A DNA stretch of 45,778 nt, taken from the IMG/VR virus record IMGVR_UViG_2740892271_000013. One strand, written 5' to 3'. Below, piece by piece: positions 39,745 through 45,778 of this stretch. A program made the position numbers and the translations under genes. How positions within the stretch are numbered: position 1 is the first letter of the stretch; the number at the start of each line of letters is the position of its first letter. The notes beneath the pieces are model-generated. The model saw nothing but the letters and a program-made list of their open reading frames with translations. It searched no databases and had not been told where the DNA came from. The stretch comes from a virus. Lineage: Duplodnaviria > Heunggongvirae > Uroviricota > Caudoviricetes.

Positions 39745-40304
39745 GCGTTAGTTTCTCCACAGACACAAAACGCCACGACGCCCGGAGCTGCACACTCGCG
39801 GGCGTCACTCTTTTCTGGAGCGCAAAAGATTTTGTAGACCAGTGCTGCATGCTCCTGGAGCTTCGAAATTGACAGATACAACTCATCATTAATTGCTGTC
39901 TGCTCGTGTGGCTCCACTACCCCATCTTCGATTGCCGAACGAATCTGCTTTGAGTAACTCCCGATCTGTTCGATGACTTCCAGCAGGCGCTGGTTTATAT
40001 CGGCGTTCTCTACTTCCTCAATTTCAGGAAGCGATACAAACACCCCACCAGCAGACTGTGCGACAGCATCCGCAATGTAGTGAGTGCCAGCCGCGCGCTG
40101 TAAAATCATTGCCCATCCCAGCGGGAAAATCTGATCGCCATCTGCACGAAGGCGGTTGAATAAAGCGTTCTCTGTTACATCCAGCCACTCAGCAGCTTCA
40201 GCGTAACCCCCCGGCAACGCCGCGATAGTTTTTCTGACAGCTTTCACGTACCACTCAGGCTGTTTTTCTACTTTCCAGTGATGCTTACCCACGGTTAGCC
40301 TCAT
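39741..40304 (-). CDS. CII-like regulatory protein (YdaT/Phage_CII-like)
   Basis: 187 aa; position directly downstream of cro-like gene; helix-turn-helix-like segment AEAAEWLDVTENALFNRL. Confidence 0.45.
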   Translation of the reverse strand: MRLTVGKHHWKVEKQPEWYVKAVRKTIAALPGGYAEAAEWLDVTENALFNRLRADGDQIFPLGWAMILQRAAGTHYIADAVAQSAGGVFVSLPEIEEVENADINQRLLEVIEQIGSYSKQIRSAIEDGVVEPHEQTAINDELYLSISKLQEHAALVYKIFCAPEKSDARECAAPGVVAFCVCGETNA

Positions 40305-40335
40305 CGTTCTGTGGTTAAAAATTGAAGGTGTTCTG

Positions 40336-40536
40336 TTAATCTTTCGGATAGATATCCGGTCTTAAGTCAGATTTCGTAATTGCACCTGACGTGCATTGCT
40401 CAAGTTTTTTAGCCAGCACAAAACTGGCTTTTTTATAACCATTGAAAACCAGCCGTAAGTAGCCTGGTGTTGAGCCAACTTTTCCGGCCAACTCACCCTG
40501 CTGTTCTTTGGTTAAAGAGTCCCAATACGCTTTCAT
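40336..40536 (-). CDS. cro: Cro-like repressor (helix-turn-helix)
   Basis: 66 aa MKAYWDSLTKEQQGELAGKVGSTPGYLRLVFNGYKKASFVLAKKLEQ...; GGAGGT ribosome-binding site; divergent from cI across an operator region. Confidence 0.7.
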   Translation of the reverse strand: MKAYWDSLTKEQQGELAGKVGSTPGYLRLVFNGYKKASFVLAKKLEQCTSGAITKSDLRPDIYPKD

Positions 40537-40542
40537 ACAATA

Positions 40543-40620
40543 TGTACCTCCGGTATACATATTACATGATTGAGATGAACCTTCAAGATACTTGTACCTT
40601 ATCGGTACAAAGGTTTTAAT
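40543..40620. promoter_or_regulatory. Immunity switch: operators (A/T)TGTACC-N5-GGTACA(A/T) with divergent PR-like and PRM-like promoters
   Basis: Perfect palindrome TTGTACCttatcGGTACAA (40592-40610) and related ATGTACCtccggTATACAT (40543-40559); minus-strand TTGAAG-N16-TAATAT; plus-strand TTGTAC-N17-TTTAAT ending at the cI ATG. Confidence 0.55.
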
Positions 40621-40626
40621 TTCTTT

Positions 40627-41301
40627 ATGAAAACAGTCCATGACATCCGGCGGTCTAACGCCAGAAAACTGAGAGATGGTGTTGGCGGGAATTCTTCCTT
40701 TGCCACCATGATTGATCGCGAGCCAACCCAGACCAGCAGGTTTATGGGAGATGGTGCAACTAAAAATATCGGTGACAGCATGGCACGGCACATCGAAAAA
40801 TGTTTCGACCTGCCTGTCGGATGGCTTGATCAAGAACACCAGACAACGAACATCACAAAAAAACCTGACGTTTCAATCACTAACAAACAAATAACGTTAG
40901 TCCCTGTCATATCATGGGTACAGGCCGGAGCATGGAAAGAAGTTGGCTATTCTGAGGTTGATTTGAGCACAGCAGAAACTTATCCCTGCCCTGTACCCTG
41001 TGGCGAAATGACTTATATCTTGCGGGTGATTGGTGATTCAATGATTGATGAGTACCGCCCGGGAGACATGATTTTTGTTGATCCTGAAGTCCCTGCCTGC
41101 CACGGTGACGACGTTATTGCATTGATGCACGATACAGGCGAAACCACCTTCAAGCGGTTGATAGAAGATGGAACACAGCGTTATCTCAAAGCATTAAACC
41201 CAAACTGGCCTGAGCCTTACATTAAGATTAACGGTAATTGCTCTATAATTGGTACAGTGATTTTCTCAGGAAAACCAAGAAGATACATAATAAAGGCCTA
41301 A
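40627..41301 (+). CDS. cI: CI-like repressor (XRE-type helix-turn-helix plus S24 LexA-like peptidase domain)
   Basis: 224 aa; C-terminal autocleavage domain with Ser (VIGDSM) and Lys (TTFKRL); N-terminal helix-turn-helix. Confidence 0.8.
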   Translation: MKTVHDIRRSNARKLRDGVGGNSSFATMIDREPTQTSRFMGDGATKNIGDSMARHIEKCFDLPVGWLDQEHQTTNITKKPDVSITNKQITLVPVISWVQAGAWKEVGYSEVDLSTAETYPCPVPCGEMTYILRVIGDSMIDEYRPGDMIFVDPEVPACHGDDVIALMHDTGETTFKRLIEDGTQRYLKALNPNWPEPYIKINGNCSIIGTVIFSGKPRRYIIKA

Positions 41302-41312
41302 TCAATATTTAT

Positions 41313-41337
41313 AACCTGCTTCGGCAGGTTTTTTTAT
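41313..41337 (+). terminator. Rho-independent terminator downstream of cI
   Basis: ACCTGC-ttcg-GCAGGT followed by TTTTTTTAT. Confidence 0.65.
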
Positions 41338-41339
41338 AC

Positions 41340-41367
41340 TTGACAATGTACCTTTGGGATACATAAT
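41340..41367 (+). promoter_or_regulatory. PL-like early-left promoter (TTGACA-N16-CATAAT) with embedded operator
   Basis: -35 TTGACA 41340-41345, -10 CATAAT 41362-41367; spacer holds ATGTACCtttggGATACAT, a third copy of the immunity operator. Confidence 0.6.
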
Positions 41368-41805
41368 GTATCTAAAAGAAACACAGCACAGGCAAGATTA
41401 AACAAAATTTGGTTGTAACACGGCGTATGGCACATGCGTCGTTAGCGGTCTGGGGACGTTAAAGGGGACAATCCACTCCTTGCTCGGGCAAACAAACCAG
41501 GTAGCCGGAATGTGCAAGTCAATGATGATGCTGATAAGACGCCTAACCAGCGTGGCGATTCGGTTTGACGCCTGGGAAGAGACCAGGGTGCAACGATGAG
41601 GACATTTATGGAACCGCGACAAAGTGTGGTGCCGTAACTGGCTAAGTGCTCTCAGCGTTGTGGTGAATGCGCAGGCTGATGCGCGAAAGACATTGCAGCT
41701 AATGCGGAAAAGAGCTGTTCGGCGGGGCAATTAAACGCCCGTGAGAGTCTGAAATAACCGCAAGCCGGAGATCAGCACCGGTCACCACAACAGCCACTGC
41801 TTTGG

Positions 41806-41850
41806 CGGTACCAGTTTGTACACTTGCTTCCGGCTGGTACCGCTCTTTTT
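41806..41850 (+). terminator. Strong rho-independent terminator inside the early-left leader
   Basis: 9-bp stem CGGTACCAG/CTGGTACCG with 18-nt loop followed by CTCTTTTT. Confidence 0.55.
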
Positions 41851-41936
41851 ACAAAACAGAGAAGAGCATCACCGGACGACGGGCTCATAACCAAATCCAT
41901 CCGGGCGGCTGCCACCGCAGGTGTTCTTCTCTGTTT
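41851..41936 (+). promoter_or_regulatory. Long inverted repeat (16-bp arms) forming a large stem-loop just upstream of the first early-left gene
   Basis: ACAAAACAGAGAAGAG (41851-41866) pairs perfectly with CTCTTCTCTGTTTTGT (41921-41936); GC-rich 54-nt loop. Confidence 0.45.
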
Positions 41937-41987
41937 TGTGGAGAAACCAACCGACCTTGCAGGGTCGATATGATTAGGAGCAGCAAA

Positions 41988-42350
41988 ATGGCTAGCGAAC
42001 GCAGTACTGATGTGCAGGCATTTATTGGGGAGCTGGACGGCGGCGTATTTGAAACCAAAATCGGCGCAGTTCTCAGTGAAGTCGCTTCCGGTGTGATGAA
42101 CACGAAAACCAAAGGTAAGGTCTCACTCAACCTGGAAATCGAACCATTTGATGAGAACCGTGTGAAAATCAAACACAAACTCTCATATGTTCGCCCGACT
42201 AACCGCGGGAAAATTTCCGAAGAAGACACCACCGAAACGCCGATGTATGTCAATCGCGGTGGTCGCCTGACTATTCTGCAGGAAGACCAGGGACAATTAC
42301 TGACTCTTGCCGGTGAACCTGACGGAAAACTCCGCGCAGCAGGTCATTAA
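41988..42350 (+). CDS. Early-left protein, YfdP-like (uncharacterised)
   Basis: 120 aa from the ATG preceded by AGGAG (MASERSTDVQAFIGELDGG...); the longer listed ORF uses a TTG in the leader. Confidence 0.55.
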   Translation: MASERSTDVQAFIGELDGGVFETKIGAVLSEVASGVMNTKTKGKVSLNLEIEPFDENRVKIKHKLSYVRPTNRGKISEEDTTETPMYVNRGGRLTILQEDQGQLLTLAGEPDGKLRAAGH

Positions 42351-42415
42351 TATCGTTCTTAATTAACCGATTATTTATCTCATCACTGAATATCTTTATA
42401 TAGTGAGGACTTATT

Positions 42416-43240
42416 ATGTCTCAGAACTTAGACGCAACCGCAATTAATCAAATCCATGCCCTTATTTCTGCTCAGGGTGTTAATGAAATTATCAGTAAGA
42501 TTGGTGCCGATGCTGTGGCATTGCCTGAGAATTTCCGCATTCATGATCTGGAAAAATTAAATTTAAATCGTTTCCGTTTCCGTGGTGCGCTTTCCACTGC
42601 CAGCATCGATGACTTTACTCGTTATTCTAAAGATCTTGCAGATGAAGGCACCCGCTGCTTTATCGATGCTGATAATATGCGTGCCGTCAGTGTTCTTAAC
42701 CTGGGTACTATTGATGAACCAGGTCACGCAGATAACACCGCCACTCTCAAACTGAAAAAGACAGCTCCGTTCTCTGCTCTGTTGTCTGTTAATGGCGAGC
42801 GTAACTCCCAGAAGTCACTGGCAGAATGGATTGAAGACTGGGCCGACTACCTTGTGGGCTTTGATGCTAATGGTGACGCCATTCAGGCAACCAAAGCGGC
42901 TGCGGCGATCCGTAAAATCACAATTGAAGCGAACCAGACCGCTGATTTTGAAGATAATGACTTCAGCGGCAAACGCTCCCTGATGGAGTCTGTCGAAGCG
43001 AAGACCAAAGACATTATGCCAGTGGCATTTGAATTTAAATGCGTTCCGTTTGAAGGTCTGAAAGAACGTCCGTTTAAATTACGCCTCAGCATTATCACTG
43101 GCGATCGTCCTGTACTGGTTCTGCGCATTATTCAGCTGGAAGCGGTACAGGAAGAAATGGCTAACGAATTTCGTGATCTGCTTGTTGAGAAATTCAAAGA
43201 CAGCAAAGTAGAAACCTTTATTGGTACTTTCACCGCCTGA
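42416..43240 (+). CDS. Early-left protein, YfdQ-like (DUF2303-type, uncharacterised)
   Basis: 274-aa ORF immediately downstream of the YfdP-like gene; size and neighbourhood match the CPS-53-type pair. Confidence 0.5.
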   Translation: MSQNLDATAINQIHALISAQGVNEIISKIGADAVALPENFRIHDLEKLNLNRFRFRGALSTASIDDFTRYSKDLADEGTRCFIDADNMRAVSVLNLGTIDEPGHADNTATLKLKKTAPFSALLSVNGERNSQKSLAEWIEDWADYLVGFDANGDAIQATKAAAAIRKITIEANQTADFEDNDFSGKRSLMESVEAKTKDIMPVAFEFKCVPFEGLKERPFKLRLSIITGDRPVLVLRIIQLEAVQEEMANEFRDLLVEKFKDSKVETFIGTFTA

Positions 43241-43253
43241 TTTCATTACTGCA

Positions 43254-43274
43254 AATGCCCCTGCGGGGGCATTT
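43254..43274 (+). terminator. Hairpin (weak terminator) after the YfdQ-like gene
   Basis: AAATGCCCC-tgcg-GGGGCATTT; no long U-tract. Confidence 0.35.
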
Positions 43275-43416
43275 ACGGAAGCGATAATTTTAACTATTGC
43301 CGCCCCTATAAAGAACCATTAAACAATAACGTGACGTAGCTATTGATAGTAAATGAAGCACTTGCAAAATAATTGCATTGCGTATATATACACACATGTG
43401 TTGTATTACAGCGATA

Positions 43417-44211
43417 ATGGTAAAGCAAATGATTAACTCTGAAGCAATTGAGCAACTAATGTGGCTATGGTCCTTATTTGACATTAAATTCTTATCTATT
43501 CTTGCCGCTGCCTTCACTATATATTTTGGCGTGCAAAAAATATCAAAAAAGGTGACAGTGTCGTATTCAGCAAATGCAAGTAGAATATATGACATGCATA
43601 TATCAACCATAATCCTGAATAATAAAAGAGATAATGCAATTGCTATATCTTCAATCAATATGGAGGTTGAAGGTAAAGGGATACTACAAGTTATTAAATT
43701 TGACTCCCCTCTTCTTTTAAAGAACTATGATTCTTTAAAAGTTGAACCACCAAAATTTAGCAGCCTTTACAATAATGATGGCGTAGTTAAGTTAGATATT
43801 TCTGATAAGTTTCATTTTTATATAATCACGACATCTGGAGATGAAATTAAATGTATTTCTGAAAATAAATATGTAGCACCAAACATGGAAAACAAAATAG
43901 CTACAGACATAAGAAAATTTAATGGCATTGTCTTAACAAACAGAATGTCTTATATTTTTTTCTATGCAAATGACAACGGAGAGAAATACTGCATAATAGA
44001 TGTTTCATTGTTCATAAATGGTGACAACCCATTTCATTTTAATTTTTTAAAAGAAGATGAATTAAGAGATTTTTCTAGCATCCTTATTAGTTACGGATAT
44101 CACCAACAGTTTAAAAGTTATGCATTGTTTAAAATAGACAACCATCTTGCTCCTTCTTTGGTTTTAAATAAATCAATGATAGAAAATAATATTATTGAAA
44201 TGAATAAGTAA
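43417..44211 (+). CDS. AT-rich moron: membrane-anchored protein of unknown function (candidate superinfection-exclusion or abortive-infection factor)
   Basis: About 265 aa; N-terminal TM helix LMWLWSLFDIKFLSILAAAFTIYFGV then Asn/Lys/Ile-rich domain; GC content far below the flanks; own TTGCAA-N17-TATATA promoter candidate (43362-43390); start codon uncertain (43396, 43417 or 43429). Confidence 0.55.
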   Translation: MVKQMINSEAIEQLMWLWSLFDIKFLSILAAAFTIYFGVQKISKKVTVSYSANASRIYDMHISTIILNNKRDNAIAISSINMEVEGKGILQVIKFDSPLLLKNYDSLKVEPPKFSSLYNNDGVVKLDISDKFHFYIITTSGDEIKCISENKYVAPNMENKIATDIRKFNGIVLTNRMSYIFFYANDNGEKYCIIDVSLFINGDNPFHFNFLKEDELRDFSSILISYGYHQQFKSYALFKIDNHLAPSLVLNKSMIENNIIEMNK

Positions 44212-44247
44212 CTCACCGGGTGCAGCCGGTTATGATGGAGAAATGAT

Positions 44248-44529
44248 ATGAATACCTTGTTTTTACTGATGGCTGAATTCAATACCCCAAACATTGAACT
44301 CTCAGCAGTTAGTCAAAAATACTTTGGTATGAGTCCAGCCACAGCAGAAGCAAAAGCAAACGCTTGTAAGTTGCCTGTACCTACATATCGCATCGGTACA
44401 TCACAAAAAGCAAAACGTTGCATCAATATTCAGGATCTTGCGGAATACATAGACAAAAGACGAGAAGAAGGACGTATCGAGTGGGAACAGGTCAGAACAG
44501 GCAAACAGAAGGGCAAAGAACATCACTAA
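44248..44529 (+). CDS. Small DNA-binding protein, PrtN/excisionase-like candidate
   Basis: 93 aa with GGAG ribosome-binding site; basic C-terminus; weak resemblance to excisionase/PrtN-type winged-helix proteins. Confidence 0.4.
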   Translation: MNTLFLLMAEFNTPNIELSAVSQKYFGMSPATAEAKANACKLPVPTYRIGTSQKAKRCINIQDLAEYIDKRREEGRIEWEQVRTGKQKGKEHH

Positions 44530-44559
44530 AGAAAAAACCCGCCTAAAGGCGGGTTTTCA
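44530..44559. terminator. Bidirectional rho-independent terminator
   Basis: AAAAAA-CCCGCC-taaa-GGCGGG-TTTTC; serves converging plus and minus strand units. Confidence 0.6.
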
Positions 44560-44575
44560 AAAAGCACCAGCTATG

Positions 44576-44749
44576 ATCATGCTGCTTTGCGACGACGAAG
44601 CTTACCCTGCTGCTCTTTACCAGAGACAGTAGCGTGAGTGAACGCATTAGGAGCAGCCTTCATCAGAACTTCAACAGCAGCACCCATACCTGCGAATGCT
44701 TTCATTGTGTCGAACTTAACCTGTGGCTTGGTTGCTTTTTGATCTTCCA
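44576..44749 (-). CDS. Small hypothetical protein (57 aa), last gene of the minus-strand cassette
   Basis: Hand-translated MEDQKATKPQVKFDTMKAFAGMGAAVEVLMKAAPNAFTHATVSGKEQQGKLRRRKAA; GGAG ribosome-binding site 6-7 nt upstream; followed by the terminator; below the ORF-track size cutoff. Confidence 0.45.
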
Positions 44750-44789
44750 TAGAAAACTCCAGAAGCTATACCGAAACAATTCCTGTTGT

Positions 44790-45209
44790 TTACTCATCAT
44801 CAATAGATGATACGCAATATTTATTTTTAAATTTAAGGTTCTTTGGCGTAACTTCATCAGATATATCAAAACCGTCCAGAATTCTATTGAATGTAGCTTC
44901 TGGCATATCATCATGAACGGAAATCTCACCCGATCGCTGCTTTCTAACCATGTTATCCACTCGCCAAATTATAGCTTCAGCGTAAACAACATAACTTGGA
45001 TGCTTGATAAAGCGATGATCACCAGAATTCAAGACGCAAGACGGATCGTGGGGGACACCATCCTTGATACTAGAAATATTAACAACTAAAACACAATAAC
45101 AATCGTTAACGGGGTAATAAACAGGATCATTACAAATCACATGAAGATGATTGCATGGCCCAGTTGGGGCAAGCACAGTTCCTTTCCTGTATGGCTGATA
45201 ATCCGTCAT
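44790..45209 (-). CDS. Hypothetical protein, candidate toxin partner of the Panacea-like gene
   Basis: 139-aa ORF whose ATG overlaps the upstream stop (ATGA); Cys/His-containing, no recognised family. Confidence 0.5.
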   Translation of the reverse strand: MTDYQPYRKGTVLAPTGPCNHLHVICNDPVYYPVNDCYCVLVVNISSIKDGVPHDPSCVLNSGDHRFIKHPSYVVYAEAIIWRVDNMVRKQRSGEISVHDDMPEATFNRILDGFDISDEVTPKNLKFKNKYCVSSIDDE

Positions 45210-45778
45210 GATAATTGCAAAGAAAATTCCTTAAGTTTCTGAGATTCTTCCATTTTGCCAATTATACGATTAGCCTCATCCTCGCTTTTACCCTCACTGA
45301 TCAGCATTTCTTTCAGGTCTATAGGCTTACGAGAATTGCCAGGATTGTGCCACTCTGGACAAACGCTTTCTAAATGCGTCATGTTTGCGAGATCAAATCG
45401 GTTCATATGCCCATACAGAGAATAGATTTCATCTAAAATCCGGATATCTGCACGGCTCAACTCATCAAAGACCTCGTCTGCATCCATTTCCCTCGGATCT
45501 GAACGCAACAACACATCATGCCCGTTCGTCTCTATCAGGTTGTACCAGTAGTCACCAATACCTTCAGCCTTACCACGAATCAAGTTCAGCGTATTCGACA
45601 TGACTGGACCAAATTTCATAGAGTAAAGGCTATCTTCGCCGATCATCCTGCCATGCTTCAAAATCGACTTGCGGTTAGACAGATAGAGCAGCTTCATCAA
45701 TTTCAGATATGCCATGCGCCCACCTCGCTTAAGAAGTAGGTATGCAGCCATTTGAGCTACTTTTTCTTCGCAAAACAT
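45206..45778 (-). CDS. Panacea-domain (DUF4065, SocA/GepA-like) antitoxin candidate; may be 5'-truncated by the window edge
   Basis: 190 aa; N-terminal pattern AYLKLMKLLYLSNRKSILKHGRMIGEDSLYSMKFGPVMSNTL fits the Panacea signature (L-KL-KLLYL ... GPV); ORF reaches the last base of the window. Confidence 0.55.
   Translation of the reverse strand: MFCEEKVAQMAAYLLLKRGGRMAYLKLMKLLYLSNRKSILKHGRMIGEDSLYSMKFGPVMSNTLNLIRGKAEGIGDYWYNLIETNGHDVLLRSDPREMDADEVFDELSRADIRILDEIYSLYGHMNRFDLANMTHLESVCPEWHNPGNSRKPIDLKEMLISEGKSEDEANRIIGKMEESQKLKEFSLQLS

Larger units (their letters stand above)
1580..45778. mobile_element. Lambdoid prophage integrated at the dusA 5' end (left junction in window, right end beyond window)
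   Basis: Integrase immediately adjacent to dusA start, then complete lambda-like late, lysis, Q, replication and immunity modules; exact attL crossover cannot be placed without the empty-site sequence. Confidence 0.85.

Noticed and set aside
41398-41730. 110-aa minus-strand ORF in the early-left leader
   Set aside because: Antisense to the leftward transcript, no ribosome-binding site, Arg/Cys/His-rich composition; the region is better explained as structured non-coding leader.
44702-44929. 75-aa minus-strand ORF overlapping the toxin-candidate 3' end
   Set aside because: Out of frame with and overlapping two better-supported genes; the hand-translated 57-aa ORF at 44576-44749 with a GGAG site explains this region.
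1-45778. Insertion sequences or transposases
   Set aside because: No transposase-like ORF or terminal inverted repeats bracketing a transposase were seen; all mobility signals are phage-type.

Overview
The window holds the two chromosomal genes pspG and dusA (1-1579, minus strand) followed by about 44 kb of a lambdoid prophage that appears to be integrated at the 5' end of dusA and runs past the right edge. Left to right: a tyrosine integrase, an SOS-boxed DinI-like gene, a reverse-transcriptase cassette, then a complete lambda-like late region on the minus strand (tfa, stf, lom, J, I, K, L, M, H, G/T, V, U, Z, FII-like, a fused protease-capsid gene, portal, W-like, terminase large and small subunits, cos, Rz/Rz1, SAR-type endolysin, pinholin). 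Beyond that lie a methyltransferase, a terminator-bracketed lipoprotein moron, Q with a candidate late promoter, the nin-like region (DUF968, KilA-N, RusA, phage Dam), an O-like replication gene with internal iterons, and a cII-like/cro/cI immunity switch with three 19-bp palindromic operators. The right end carries an early-left operon with a ~600-nt structured leader, an AT-rich membrane-anchored moron, and a Panacea (DUF4065)-like toxin-antitoxin candidate. The most unusual content is the reverse transcriptase overlapped by a small 3-TM protein gene behind a repeat-rich leader, in the accessory region between int and the tail fibres. Four runs of N (5291-5792, 9032-9349, 15572-15610, 30633-30944) interrupt tfa, stf, L and the holin. 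All family assignments come from reading the translations by eye; no database search was run.
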